Assembly: GCF_902713615.1 (NCBI RefSeq)
Contig: NC_052146.1
Location: 297,112,000-297,175,999, forward strand
Direction: 5' to 3'
DNA length: 64,000 bases
Source of the DNA: Scyliorhinus canicula
Lineage: Eukaryota
The translations under genes and the position numbers were made by a program. Position 1 is the first letter of the stretch; each line of letters starts with the position of its first letter. The notes under the pieces are model-generated. The model had not been told where the DNA came from. It saw only the letters and a list, made by a program, of their open reading frames with translations, and did no database searches. This document shows, in pieces, positions 13,941-27,193 of the stretch.

Positions 13941-15443
13941 ATATTGATGGACAGACCATTTCTACGACAAAGTTCTGGACATGATAACACATTCTCAGGC
14001 TTACCCTCTGGTTCTGTTGAGGAACCTATGAGGGGCGATACTGTGAGTTTTTTGTGTGAAAATGAGCTAATATAGCTTTGTATTGGCACCAATATGGAAT
14101 GGTGATGTTTCCTTGTTGCTTAATGGTAAGTGTGACAAGTGCAATGTTACGTTGTTAATTTTTCAAATCTTCATTACTGTTCACCGTTTAATAAACAAAA
14201 TACTCTCAGAAGTGAGAACACTCCACACTGAATCACATCTGACACAGTTGGTAGCAATGAGGAGTACGCGCTTTCTTCCACTCGTTTGCACTTCACACGT
14301 GACACATAACATACTTCAGAAATGTCTCCTATAGACTAGAGCCTGCAACTAGACAGTGACCACTGAATGCTAAATGTTGACATGCAATTCACAATGTTGA
14401 CACAAACCAGTGCCAATTTGTAGGCAGGGAGTTCACATTCTGAATTCTCCCCGTGTACCCGAACAGCCGCCGGAATGCGGCGACTAGGGAATTTTCACAG
14501 TAACTTCATTGCTGTGCTAATGTAAGCCTACTTGTGACAATAAAGATTACTACTATTTTACAAAGACTTTATGAAAAAGAGAAGCTGCAAACCTGCCACT
14601 TATGATTCTAAATTTATATTATGACACACATCATCAAATGAAAACAGTACAAAATAATTTATTCACACACCATAAGTGTGTAAACCGAGCTGGCACAAGG
14701 AATTCTGAAGCAAATCCTGTCCGGTGCAGCAAAGAAATACCAGATAGATGCTGGGAAACTTCAGTGTCAGGGGGTATCTGTGGAGAGGGTGGCACGGTAT
14801 GATGGTAGTTAGCACTAAGGCTTCACAGCACCAGGGTCCCAGGTTCGATTCCCGCTTGGGTCACTGTCTGTGCAGAGTCTGCACATTCTCCCCGTGTCTG
14901 CATGGGTTTCCTCCGGGTGCTCCGGTTTCCTCCAACAGTCGCAAGATGTGCAGGTTAGGTGGATTGGTCATGATAAATTGCCCTTGGGTTAGAAGGGGTT
15001 GCTGGGTTACAGGGATAGGGTGGAGGTGTGGGCTTAAGTGGGGTGCTCTTTCCAAGAGTCGGTGCAGATTCGATGGGCCGAATGGCCTCCTTCTGCATTG
15101 TAAATTCTATGAAATAGCAAAAGCTTCAGGTATGAACATGCTGAGGAAGAGCAAATAATCGCGACGACCACGACGTTCTTCCGCAAATGCATCCTAACCT
15201 ACTTGCAATGTTTTAGTTGCAGCAATAAAGATGTCTCAGTAGCTGATTTTCCACTGTCATTGGGGCTAGGTGGATGGGCCATGATAAATTGCCCTTAAGT
15301 GTCCAAAAAGGTTGAGTGGTGTTACTGGTTTACAGGGATAGGGTGCAGATGTGGGCTTAAGTGGGGTGCTCTTTCCAAGGGCCAGTGCAGACTCGATGGG
15401 CCGACTGGCCTCCTTCTGCACTGCAAATTCTATAATCATATTA

Positions 15444-15613
15444 CAGTAAGAAGTCTTACAACACCAGGTTGAAGTCCAGCAGGTTCGTTTCGAATCACTA
15501 GCTTTCAGAGCACAGCTGCTTCCTCAAGGGAATGAATACTGACAGTCTAAAACACCTGGTGTTGTAAGACTTCTTACTGTGCTCACCCCAGTCCAACGCC
15601 GGCATCGCCCCAT
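15444..15613 (+). mobile_element. Fold-back PLE mini-insertion (family 1)
   Basis: Same arms and tail; TSD ATCATATTA. Confidence 0.75.
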
Positions 15614-15749
15614 CATATTAGGCACAGGAGCCCAAAGATTGCACTGCAAACGTCAACTGTTTCTCTGCACAGACACTGCCAGACCTGCTGAGTTTGCCCA
15701 GTACTTGTTCCTCTCTCCCCCCTCTCCGAGTCGGCAGTATTTTGCTTGA

Positions 15750-16180
15750 ACTGGAACCAGAAAGCTGCCGCCCAATTCCTCCAAGTCTAAACTTACCCAC
15801 CGCAACACAGCGCTTCCGTGCTGCAGCCGCTGACGTCACAGGCACGCTATTGGGCGTCCCAGGGATTGTATCGAATTGCCGTCGGAGTTCCATCACGGCG
15901 CATGCGCCCCTTGATTGACGGGCAAGGGGCGGGGTCAGGGGCGGAGCCGGGCTGGCGCGCGACACAACCGTCTCTTCTCACCACAGTGAACGTCGTTCTC
16001 CTCGCGCTCAACCAATGACAGCGGCAGGCATTGTTCGCAATAACATGGGGGAGGTGAGGTCACGTGACATCATTTCCCGCCCGTTTCGAATGGGCGGCAC
16101 GCGGGCCCCTTTCAAATCAGTAACGGTCCGGCCGGCGGGGGGAGGCCAGTGAGGAGGAAACCGGCGCCCACGTAAGACGA
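15750..16180. promoter_or_regulatory. Bidirectional CpG-island promoter of ERMARD/DYNLT2
   Basis: CpG-dense; CRE TGACGTCA 15831-15838, ETS-like CTTCCG ~15813, NRF1 GCGCATGCGC 15898-15907, GC boxes ~15926-15946, CCAAT 16011, E-box GTCACGTGAC 16059-16068; lies between divergent genes. Confidence 0.8.
15797..15850 (-). other. ERMARD: Probable non-coding first exon of ERMARD (5' end uncertain)
   Basis: Strong donor GTGG|gtaagt (15796-15791) on - strand at the CpG-island edge, pointing toward the coding exons. Confidence 0.6.
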
Positions 16181-16389
16181 TGGACGACGACGAAGATGAA
16201 GTGCTCCGAAGTGCGGAAGAGGAAGGGTACGAGTCCTTGGAGATGGACGAGATGAAGGCGCAGGTGCCGCTGGGCCGGATGGGCTTGCCGATCCGTAAGA
16301 AGATAACCCGCTCGGCCATGGAATCGCAGGATTCGCGGAGAGGAGGCTCCACCCGGACTCGCAGGTCCAGTGTGTTCGAGGAGAACGCG
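16180..16389 (+). CDS. DYNLT2: DYNLT2 (TCTE3) exon 1
   Basis: MDDDEDEV...RRSSVFEENA (human RRPSMFEKEA); good Kozak ACGATGG; donor GCG|gtacgg, phase 0. Confidence 0.82.
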
Positions 16390-16861
16390 GTACGGGGGAG
16401 GGAGAACCTCTTGCCAACTATGCCGGCCCGCATTCCGGGAGGTGCCGGCCACCTGAGCTCCGACTGTCCCGCCCCTGCCATTGGCTGCCCTGCGTGCCCA
16501 TCCCACAGAGCCTGGCCCCTCACTCATCTCATTGGCTGATCATCATCACAGTCCTGCCCTTCGATCCTCATTGGTCGCCTATTATGTCCATCATCACAGC
16601 CCCGCCTCTCAGTCCTCATTGGCCGCCCATTATCACAGCCCCGCCCCCACAAGACAACTCCAATCACAGATTTGTTACAATACAGGAGACCACTTGGCCC
16701 ATTGTGTCTGCACAGGCCCACCAAATGGACATCATGACTCAGTTCCATACCCCTCACGCAGTCCTAATGATTTATAAGTTCATAATGTGCAGAAGCTGTC
16801 GTTGGACTGGGGTGGGCACAGTAAGAAGTCTTACAACAACACCAGGTTAAAGTCCAACAGC

Positions 16862-17875
16862 CAAAGAGAAAATGCTGGAAAATCTCAGCAGGTCTGGCAG
16901 CATCTGCAGGGAGAGAAAAGAGCTAACGTTTCGAGTCCGATGACTCTTTGTCAAAGCTAACGGACAGAGAAAGTGGGAAATATTTATACTGTGGAGTGAG
17001 AATGAAAGATGAGTCATAGCTACAGAAACCCAGGGAAACCGGATGCTAATGGCCCCAGAAACCAAGGGGACAGAGTGTTAATGGCAGTCCCCAGAGAGAA
17101 TAAAAAGTGAAAGGCCAAGCAGCAGAGAAACTAACATCAGAGTATGAACTGACCGATGTAGGGGATGGGGAAGTGGGAAGCAAAGGGGTAAAAGGGTAAG
17201 GAAAGGTGGATACGATTTGGGGGGGGGGGGGGGGGCATTAATATATATAAAGAAAGCCAAGAACGAAAGAAATGCTAAAAGATAGTTAAATGAAATGGGA
17301 TGAAAACAAATGGGTCAAGGTGGGATAGAGCTAATTATTTGAAGCTGTTGAATTTGATGTTGAGACCGCAAGGCTGTAGCGTGCCTAACCAGAAGATGAG
17401 ATGTTGTTCCTCCAGTTTGCGTTGAGCTTCACTGGAACATTGCAGCAGGCCAAGGACAGACATGTGGGCATGGGAGCAGGGTCTTGTGTTAAAATGCTAA
17501 GCAACGGGAAGATCCTGAATGCGCACAGACCGAAGGTGCTCAGCAAAGCGACCACCCAGTCTGCACTTGGTCTCTCCCATATAGAGGTCCGGTTGGGCAC
17601 GCTAACAACTTCAGATGATTAGCTCTACCCCACCTTGACCCATTTGTTTGCATCCCATTTCATTTTAACTGTCTTTTACCGTTTCTTTCTTTCTTGTCTT
17701 TCTTTGTAAATGGGTAGCCATGTTTGCACATATTCCTGGAGGTATCAGCACATAACCCTCTGCGTCAACTGCTGACTACACCCGTAAAGAGTCATGCAGA
17801 CTCGAAATTTTAGCTCCCTTTTCTCTCCGCAGATGCTGTCAGACTTGCTGAGATTGTCCAGTAGTTTCTATTTTT
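16862..17875. mobile_element. Penelope-like element (family 2), inverted arrangement
   Basis: 16862-17585 minus-strand copy followed by plus-strand pieces of the same family. Confidence 0.75.
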
Positions 17876-18261
17876 GTTGTGGTATTGTCACTGGACTATT
17901 AATCCAGAGACCTGGTAATGCTCTGGAGACCTAGGTTCAAATCCCACCATGGCAGATGGTGAAATTTAAATTCAATAAGAATGTGGAATTAAAAGTCTAA
18001 TGGTGACCAATAAACCATTGTCGTTTAAATGTCCTTTAGGGGAGGAAATCCCCCATGTGTCCCTGCTCTGGGCTACATGTGACTCCAGAGACAACAATAT
18101 CGGTGATTCTTAGCTGACCTGTGAAATGTGCTTGCAAGCCACTCAGTATTACAGTAATTAAGAATGGGCATCAAATGCTGGCCCAGCCAGCAAAGCCCAC
18201 ATCCTATAAACATATTTTTAAAAAGCTCACATGTTTGCTGCACACTCACCTCACATATCTA

Positions 18262-18955
18262 TTGGTAGAAGAAGGGGTAGGAGGAGTGGACCACACAATC
18301 ATTGAGCCTGCTCCACAGTTCAGTGCGATTATGCTTGATCTGGGCTCCAACTCCATTCTTCTGCCCACTCTCCATATCCCTTAATTCCCTGAGAGATTAA
18401 AAATTCTGTCAATCCCATCCTTAAATGTATTCAAGGATGGAGCATCCACAACCCTCTGGGACAGAGAATTCCAAAGATTCACAACCCTTTGAGTTCAGTG
18501 AAGTTTCTCCTCCTAAATGATCGCTCCCCCCCCCCCCCCCCCCCCCCCCCCTCATCATGAGACTGTTTCCCTGTGTTCTAGATTCCCCCAACGAACGGAA
18601 ACAATCTCTCAGCATCTACACCATCAAGCCCCTTCTGAATTTTTAGGTTTCAACGAGATCACCGTTCATTCTTCTAAACTTGAGAGAATTTAGATGTAGT
18701 TTATGCAGTCTATGATCATAGGACAACCCCATCACCCCAGGAACCAATTTAGTTAACTTTCGCTGTACTGTCTCTAATGCAACTAAATGTGGAGACCAAA
18801 CCTGCACACAGTACTCCAGATGTAGTCTCACTAAAACCCTACACAACTGAAACAAGCCTTCTTTATTATTGTACTCCAATCTCCTTCAATAAAGACCAAT
18901 GTGCTATTTGCCTTTCTGCATCTGCATGCTAATTTTCTGCGTTCCTTGTAATACA
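18262..18955 (-). mobile_element. CR1 3' fragment
   Basis: LVRLHLEYCVQVWSPH...RRMNGDLVET. Confidence 0.78.
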
Positions 18956-19358
18956 ATCCCGAACCATATCCCAACATTTGCCAGGATACCGGACAGAAAC
19001 CACAATATTTTTTTAATTTGTAAGGTTGAAGAAAGGATAGGTCGTTCCATGAGTGACTCCACGCACAAATTGGGATATGGTATGTTGAAACAAACTGCAC
19101 TATTAACACGGTATTATAGTCTTTTAAAAAATATTTTTATTGAAAACTTTTTCATTTAGACAAAATTTCATTACTACACTTTCACCTGTAAGTCAAACTT
19201 GTCACAGTTCTGGTAAAAATGCTTACAGCTGTCAGAAATGTATAAATATATCATTTTTTTTTCCTGCTAGAAATAAGCATGACCATAAATCAGCGCTAAA
19301 CAGGTTACTTATGACTTCAGCTCATCCTAACTGTTAATAATTTCATTTCTGATTACAG

Positions 19359-19577
19359 TTTCATGAAATCCTAAAGGAAAGGCTACATGATACCATCCTG
19401 CAAGTTGTGCACGTGGACAAGAGTGAACTGGAAGAAGATGATGATGATGTTTTTGAAGAACCTTTAACTTGGAAACCTAGTCTGGTGAAACAAAAAATGG
19501 CTAATACTTATAAATTGGTCCCAGATAAAGAATTTAACTTCACTGCAGTGAAAAAAAGAGTAGATGTGCTTTTAGAG
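19359..19577 (+). CDS. DYNLT2: DYNLT2 exon 2
   Basis: FHEILKERLHDTIL...KMANTYKLVPDKEF...VDVLLE with the Tctex1-family NTY motif; ttacag / gtaatg, 219 bp. Confidence 0.9.
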
Positions 19578-20117
19578 GTAATGTATAATGCAGCACAGTT
19601 TTAAAAACAAATTTGATTTTTTGTTCTTCCTTCAAAGGATGTGGATGTCATAACCAGCCCTTACTGTCCTTGAGAAGCTGGTGGTAAGTCAGTATGGTTT
19701 AGTGGTCACAGACGGTCTTGGGTCTTGGATATAGCGTTTTCGGCATCCATGGAGTACAGCCAGGAACAATGGGAACACTCAAAACATGTAACAGCTGTAA
19801 ACAGCCAATTGAATATAGTCATTTACATTGTTGGATGCCTCTCATTACAACGTAATTGCCAATAGAAAAGAGCAGTCGAATTCAATCCATGATTGCTGAG
19901 CCGAAACTATTAGCGGAAGCATATTAAATCCATTCAGTGGGATTTCTCATTGAACCCACCCCACGCTGCTGGGAAGCCAGCGGATGGGGGATGCGCTGCC
20001 AGCGGGAAAAGAGAATCACAACGCCGGAGAATTCTGGGCCTAATTTCTACTTGCTGGAAAATAAAGTTGTTTAGGATTGATGAAATACAAAAGCAAGTTG
20101 TTTTTCTTTTCCATAAG

Positions 20118-20276
20118 GTTAAACTAAGAGATAAGGATTTTGAAACTCACAATATGAAGGCACTAACTCTTTCCCTTTCTGAAGACATAAGAGCAATAGC
20201 AAAAGAATTGGCACCTGAACGGTTTAAATTAATTGCTCGTGTTTTCTGTGGAGAGTTGAAAAATCAAGGCATAGTG
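20118..20276 (+). CDS. DYNLT2: DYNLT2 exon 3
   Basis: VKLRDKDF...LSEDIRAIAKELAPERFKLIARVFCGELKNQGIV (Tctex-1 domain); cataag / gtaagt, 159 bp. Confidence 0.92.
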
Positions 20277-20640
20277 GTAAGTAAAACATTTCAAGTTGGC
20301 AATTCTTAAAAAAACAATCATGGTGTATATAATGCGTATGAGAAGCCAATGATGCATTTTTATGATTTGTTCTTTTATCACATGGTGGTTTGTCTATATT
20401 GTGGGTGTCATTCAACGGCACCTTTAAATACTAAAGACCATTGTTTCTTCAATTTGCAAATAAATGGTTTATTCCCCTGTCCTTACTAAGCTAGATTGCC
20501 TCCCAGTCCCAAATTATTTTCTATTTAAAACTATCTTCTTCACTTTTAGAATTACTTCATATCTCTATCACTATCCAATCATATAATCCCCAAACTCTGC
20601 TTCTATAACCTCTTGTAAATTCCCTTTCACCACTCCATTA

Positions 20641-20766
20641 TAGCCATGATGCAAAGATGCCAGCATTGGACCATCATCAGGTGATGAAGGTGCAGCGCTC
20701 CAAAAGCTAGTGATTCCAAATAGATGTGTTGGACTTTAACCTGGTGTTGTAAGACTTCTTACTGTG
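20641..20766 (-). mobile_element. Fold-back PLE mini-insertion (family 1), degraded
   Basis: Same sequence family; TSD ACCACTCCATTA. Confidence 0.7.
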
Positions 20767-21310
20767 ACCACTCCATTAGTCAGCTAACTTTCAGCCGTCT
20801 ATGCTTGTATGCTCTGAAATTTTTGCCGAGAGCCTTCTACTAACCTTACCCCTTGCTTTTAATATTCCTTCTAGAATCTACTTCCTTTTCTGAGCCAAGG
20901 TTCCCCCAGTAGAAATTGTCCTTTGTCACTCTCAATGTTATTTATTGGCAAATTACACCGCTATGAAACCAATTGGCACATTTTTTTACTCTAAAGACAT
21001 CCTGTGGTCAGAAATGGTGCTATATAAATACAAGCCTTTCTTTTTGTGTAAATGCAAGTTGTTAAGAATTCTACTTACAATAATTAATTAGCTGATCTAT
21101 ATAATCGTTTTTAAGTTTGGAGTGAGACTCCCTTTTTAATAATAGTTGTAAAAGCTAAGTAGATTTACCAATAAATTTACTTCCAAACCAACTTGATTTA
21201 TGGTACAATCTTAGCAATATATTTGTTTTGAATTAAGAATGCATAGTTGCGTGTTTTTGACATGTTAGTGTTGTATGTCAATCTAAACAGATTTTACTTT
21301 AATTGTGTAG

Positions 21311-21421
21311 CTTGCCAGCAGATACCTCTGGGATCCAGAACATGACACTTGGTGTGAAAGTCTGTTTCAAACCAATTCATTTTTTGTAATGGGAACTGTG
21401 TATGCTCTGTATTATGAGTAG
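21311..21421 (+). CDS. DYNLT2: DYNLT2 exon 4 (stop TAG)
   Basis: LASRYLWDPEHDTWCESLFQTNSFFVMGTVYALYYE*, typical Tctex C-terminus; acceptor gtgtag. Confidence 0.93.
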   Translation, partial: LASRYLWDPEHDTWCESLFQTNSFFVMGTVYALYYE

Positions 21422-21634
21422 CAGTACTGTAATCACATCTTTACCATAAATGAACTATTTAAAAAGATGCATTGTATGTCGCTATGGAAACTAAACGTAA
21501 AATTGACCATACTTGGAGGATATCCAAAGATAATTGTTTTAACTTGATGCAAAATCTTTCCTGTACCGTTGAAAATATTTTTTCTGATATTGAGACTTAG
21601 CCATGTTCTGCTCTAGTAACTATTTTGTAGTGGA

Positions 21635-21656
21635 AATAAACTTTGTACAAAATAAA
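21635..21656 (+). terminator. Candidate DYNLT2 polyadenylation signals
   Basis: Two AATAAA (21635, 21651) about 215 nt after the stop. Confidence 0.55.
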
Positions 21657-21797
21657 ATTTATAATCGTTACTTGCTTGGAATTGCATCATTTTATGAAAA
21701 TGCAAACTCACCTACAATAAACAAACATTTATTTCCAACACAAGGCACCAATAAATAATATCATCTCAGGCTGCTTATTCCTGAATGACCGCCTTCT

Positions 21798-22089
21798 TGT
21801 CTTCAGGGACCTTCATGTTAATTATTTTCCTTTTTTTTTGCGAGGGCCAAGAAGAATCCAGCACCAGTTGAAGGATAGAAAGAAATAACATTTATTTACA
21901 TTATAGATACTACAGCAGCAACTCCCTTGCTGCTCACTCCTTTCTAGCTGGTTCCAAACTGGCCAGCTTTATTTGTACAGGGAGTCTACTAATGATTTCT
22001 CCGCCCCCTCATTGGGGAGGCTCATACTCCCAAAGGATTGTGGGATTGCCGTTAGTCTCCAGACAGTGGTAAGCAGGCAGGTTATAACA
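21798..22089 (-). repeat. Probable solo LTR
   Basis: TG...CA ends, minus-strand AATAAA, imperfect 5-bp TSD CTTCT/CTTTT. Confidence 0.45.
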
Positions 22090-22369
22090 CTTTTGCAGTT
22101 TACAGTCTTTTGCAGATTAACTCGAAACAACTTTTCTCTGGGATACATTTCTAGCATTGGTGGAAGATACTTGTTCCTGTTTTCAATAGTCAACCCTATT
22201 TAAAGAATAGAACAGTATTGAACGAGGCCACTCAGCCATTGACTCTGTGAGTTCTTTCAAAAAGAAATCCCGTTAGTCCCAATCCCCCACCCATTCCCTA
22301 TATCCCTGCAATGTTTTTCTTCAACTATTTATCCAATTCCCTTTAGAAGGCTACTATTGAATTTGTCAT

Positions 22370-25300
22370 CATCGAGTGTCCCTCAATGCGAGGATGGTGT
22401 TTATGGAGTCACAAATTTCTACCATGTGTTTTCATGTGACTGAACAGTTCCTTTCTCAATCCGTAGATCTTTGGACACATGCGGCAAGACATCCCATGAG
22501 GTAGTGGGTTCTGGAGTGAAAGCTTTGCTTTCTTTTCTATCCTTCTCTGCCTTTCTGCCTCATTAAGGTGTTGTGACTTCAAGGAGATCCCCCTCTTGTC
22601 AATGAAGCCACCCCACCCCTCTGAGAAATCCGTGGGCGGGAAAGGAGAATCCTAACGGCCAGAGAATTCCGACCTTGATTCTCTCCTTAGCTGCTACTCC
22701 CTTTTCCGTTCTGTTTTGCCTACCAACCATTGACTCCACTTGACCTGGGACAAATCCATTCTGACCACATTGAAATTTGTTTTTCCCAGTTAATCTTACT
22801 CTTGATTGTTCCTTGTCCTTTTCCGTAAACAACCTGAATCGTATTATGCAATAATGATCATGATTCGGTGGTGACCACACGGTTGCCTCCACAGAATGTT
22901 TCTGCAACAAGTTTCGTATTTATAATCATGTATTTTCCAAGCTGCTCAATGCTAGGAAAAACTTGACAAAGAGCGGTCAGCGATCAGGTATGTATGGCCT
23001 GCAACCAGGCCAGAAATGAAGGATGGTTAATTGACTGGCTCTATGAGAGAGGTGAAAGACGAGAACTGCTGCAGAGTACTCCGATGAGGTCTTTGATGTA
23101 GCAACATACAGGAGGATTAAAAAGGTATGCACACTAAGATGCTGGGTGCATTGGCTGGCCTACCAAATATCCTCCTGTCACTGTCAAGGAAGATGGAGGA
23201 GTCCAGTTCCAACTTGGCAAAATAAATGGTGCAGAACTTGCCCTGTCTGGTGGCTCTAAACCCTCTCGGGCAGCACAGTGGTTAGCATAGTTGCTTCACA
23301 GCTCCAGGGTCCCAGGTTTGATTTCCGGCTTGCGTCACTGTCTGTGCGGAGTCTACACGTTCTCCCCGTGTGTGCGTGGGTTTCCTCCGGGTGCTCAGGT
23401 TTCCTCCCACAGTCCAAAGATGTGCAGGTTAGGTGGATTGGCCATGATAAATTGCCCTTAGTGTCCAAAACATTTCGGTGGGGTTACAGGGATAGGGTGG
23501 AGGCTGATGTAGGGTGCTCTTTCCAAGAGCCGGTGCAGGCTCGATGGGCTGAATGGCCTCCTGCACTGTAAATTCTATGATTCTATGACACTCCTAATCC
23601 TGCACACTCAGAGGCACTGTTGCCCTATTTTGGTCTTTGTGGGCACAGGCCCCCACTTCACTGCCATCGCTGTGAAGATGAGGCAACACACTGGCAAATG
23701 CAGGAACTCACCAAATCATCTCAAACCACTTGAGTATTTTCAGACACTTTGCAGTAGAAAAAGGTCCAGAATCATTGGTCACAATAGTACTATTTCTGGG
23801 CCCATTTAGCAGCTTACTGTTTCTTTTCTCATGAGTAAACTTTCAGGCACTGCCCGTACACCCTTTGTCCAAATTTGGCATCTTGCCATTTCTTCTGCCA
23901 GTTGGACAAATCAATGTCCTCTGGTGAATGCAGGGAAGTGCTCCTGCATCCACCAACAATGTGCAGGCCACAAAGAAGCGCATTCTAACCCAGGGAAATG
24001 GATAGGCATCCATAAGGTTGCGAGGATGCTAGGCGACGAGTAGACAAGAACAGTATTTTTCAAACTTTTTTTTAACCAGGACCCACTTTTGGCAACCGGC
24101 TGACGTTCGCGACCTAGACTATGGCTCAATACAGACTACGAAAATAAAAACTATGACAATAATATTGCATTTATCATTCCAAATGGATAGAAATAAATAC
24201 ATCTCAATTTCTTCAAACTCTAAGCTGCTTTTCTGGCGAATTTCTGTAATCTGGAGAGATGTGCATGTACACAATAGAAGGCGATTATATCAACCTTTCC
24301 GGAATACACTGTTCACTAGCAGGACTCATCGGTAACTAGCAGGTCTGTCACAAAAATTACACAGAACCCAGTGCATTTACAGAATCAGCATTTGGTTCCA
24401 CAAGTATCTCCAAAGTATAGAGTTAGCTAGAGAGATCAGATTCAAGCATCCTATTCCAAAACAGAGTATGGCTTGATTCTGCATCTAAACAGACCGCATT
24501 AACTGTCTCCCGCTCGCTCATACGATGCTGTTGATTCCTGGATCTGCTGATTGTAGTATTCCATCTCCACCTTCTGTCACCCATGCTTGTGACTTTGACC
24601 TCTCATCTATATTGGGAGTTGGACTATTCCCCTATGACCAATGTTCATCTGCATGATTTTTTGGGGCATCACAGAACATTTCTCCACCATCATCTGTTGC
24701 AGAGTCTGGACCATACTCTTCATTTGCGCTATGCTCAACCTGAGTTGCCTCCAGCATAAAGCCATGATGTGGAGATGCCGACATTGGACTGGGGTGAGCA
24801 CAGTAAGAAGTCTTACAACACCAGGTTAAAGTCCAACAGGTTTGTTTCAAATCCCTAGCTTTTGGAGCACTGCTCTGACCCACCTGAGGAAGGAGCAGTG
24901 CTCCGAAAGCTAGTGATTCGAAACAAACCTGTTGGACTTTAACCTGGTGTAAGACTTCTTACTGTCCAGCATAAAGTGACTGGTTTAGTCCTTTCACTAA
25001 CACTTGCATGAGCTTCTGATTCTTCCAAAGTCCCATTGGCTAACTCTACCTGATGCTTCAGAATTTTGTCAGGTGTCTTGCATTGACAATATGCCGCCTA
25101 TCTGCCCCTTGCTTCGGTGATGCTCGGATCAGTTCCCCCTCTCGTACACGATCACTACCGTCATCTTCTGAATTCAGCATGTGAAAGAATAGTAATTGCT
25201 TCAAGGCATGAAGGTTTGTTAGTGCAACCTCTGTTCAGGAACAGGAGAGTATTGAGACTGAAGACCGACGCTGGCTTGAACAGTGCAGCTCAGGCCATTT

Positions 25301-25570
25301 TCAATAAATATCCTGGTAGCAGCCAATGGGCACTCCTCCCAAGATCGGGACCACTGCATGAACGCAATGACCAATTGCCCTGCGACCCTTCCGATACCCG
25401 GCCATGATCCACCCACAGGTCACAACCCACACTCTGAAAAACCCTGGACTAAAAGACCGTACCAGCTCATGTTTTATGCCCCTTGCCTGACGTGTGGTGA
25501 TCCTCAGGTTAAAGTCAGCTCTCCCCCTCAGAAGGGAAATCAGCATATGGTCGTCTGGGACTATAGTGTC
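22370..25570 (-). mobile_element. Highly decayed RTE-like LINE remnant with younger insertions
   Basis: Degenerate minus-strand RQG..L.PF.F and AGH-like motifs; weak. Confidence 0.35.
24762..24965 (-). mobile_element. Fold-back PLE mini-insertion (family 1)
   Basis: TSD CCAGCATAAAG; intact core CACCTGAGGAAGGAGCAGTGCTCCGAAAGCTAGTG at 24881-24915. Confidence 0.8.
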
Positions 25571-27002
25571 TTTACTTTTTAGAAGATTATGCAACTGAGG
25601 TTCGTGAGAGTAGTTCTTTGCCAGTATAGGATTTATTCTTTAAATTTCTCTTATTTGGCAAGAAGTGACCATTCATTCAGGAGCTTGAAGGTTTCAATTG
25701 AAAGCTGGTCTAATCCAAAATGGGTGATGTAATGCTGTTTGGCAAGTTCACTCAGCAACCATATCGAGCCTTTAATGTGACCAAAAGCACTGGAGATACA
25801 ACTAAAGAGATGAGGAAAAGGTTTTCACGAGTTGTCAAGATCTGGAACACTGATTAAATTCAGAATTTTTAAAGGGATTTGGACAGTTACAGGATTAAGG
25901 ACTGAAAGTGGGATGTGAGACTAAGCATGACTGAACTTTTAAAGAGCCAATAATGCTACAAGGGGCATATGCATCTGTGCTATACATTTCGAAGGCCAGA
26001 GCTTTATGCTCCCCACCAGCAGGTTTTTAGGTGGTGGAGGAGCATAAAATTGAAGCGACGGAATTCCCACCAGGTTCCTGTCTGCCCAGAACACACAGCT
26101 ATTTTACACTGGGGTGGGCAAGGGCTTGGATGGGAAGACCGTCCTTGCCCCGTTTCCACCCAGCCTCAATTTTAGACTGGCAGGAGGATTGAACCTCCTT
26201 GGGGGAAGCCAATAATAACAATAAGCCCAGAAACACAGATGTAATTAAGTAATTGTTTTGCTTTCATCAGCCTAGTTAACATGTCAGCCTTGACTATCAT
26301 AAAATCTACAGTGCAGAAAGAGACCATTTGGCCCATCGAGTCTGCACCGACCCTTGGAAAGCACCCTACTTTACTTAAGCCCACGCATCCACCCTATCTC
26401 AGTAACCCCACCTACCCTTTGGACACTAAGGAGCAATTTAGCATGGCCAAGGAAATCATAGAATCTACAGTGCCGAAGGGAAACCAGGGACTAATGGATT
26501 TAACCTAGAGACTTAAGCACTGTCAAAAGTCCATCTTTCTAATGAGACATCAAGACAAGTCCTGTCTTCCCTCAGATGGACGTAAATGATTCCATGCTAT
26601 TTTTTCAAAGAACAGAGAAATTATCCCATTGTCCTGACCAATATATACTCTTCAATATGATTTGGCAAGAAGTGGTCATTCATTCAGGAGCTTGAATTGT
26701 TCAATTGTAGGCCCTTGAGTAATATAGTCCTTGGAGTAAAAAGGTTGGACAAGCCTGCTTAAAGTCTACCATTTATTTCTCTTTACATTGTGGTAGTAAT
26801 AACTTTTAGCCTTCCTGTCAAGCAAGAAAATATATATTTTTATTGAAAATGTTTTCATTTATATCAGTATAATATAAAACAAATGCTTCAGATTAGAACA
26901 TAAAAAGAACGCAGTCAACTAAGAACACATCCAAACCTAACCTCCCAACAATAAACTAAAACCCCCCTTAACAACTGATAGTGACTAACCTCTGAAAAAG
27001 GA

Positions 27003-27193
27003 AATGAATGAAATGAAATGAAAATCGCTTATTGTCACGAGTAGGCTTCAAATGAAGTTACTGTGAAAAGCCCCTAGTCGCCACATTCCAGCGCCTGTTC
27101 GGGGAGGCCGGTACGGGAATCGAACCGTGCTGCTGGCCTGCTTAGTCTGCTTTAAAAGCCAGCGATTTAGCCTGGTGAGCTAAACCAGCCCCT
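27003..27193 (-). mobile_element. tRNA-derived SINE without V-domain, third tail type (copy at 39875-40040)
   Basis: Different tRNA-like head (GGCTGGTTTAGCTC...GGTTCGATTCCC), same tail, ends (CATTT)n. Confidence 0.75.
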
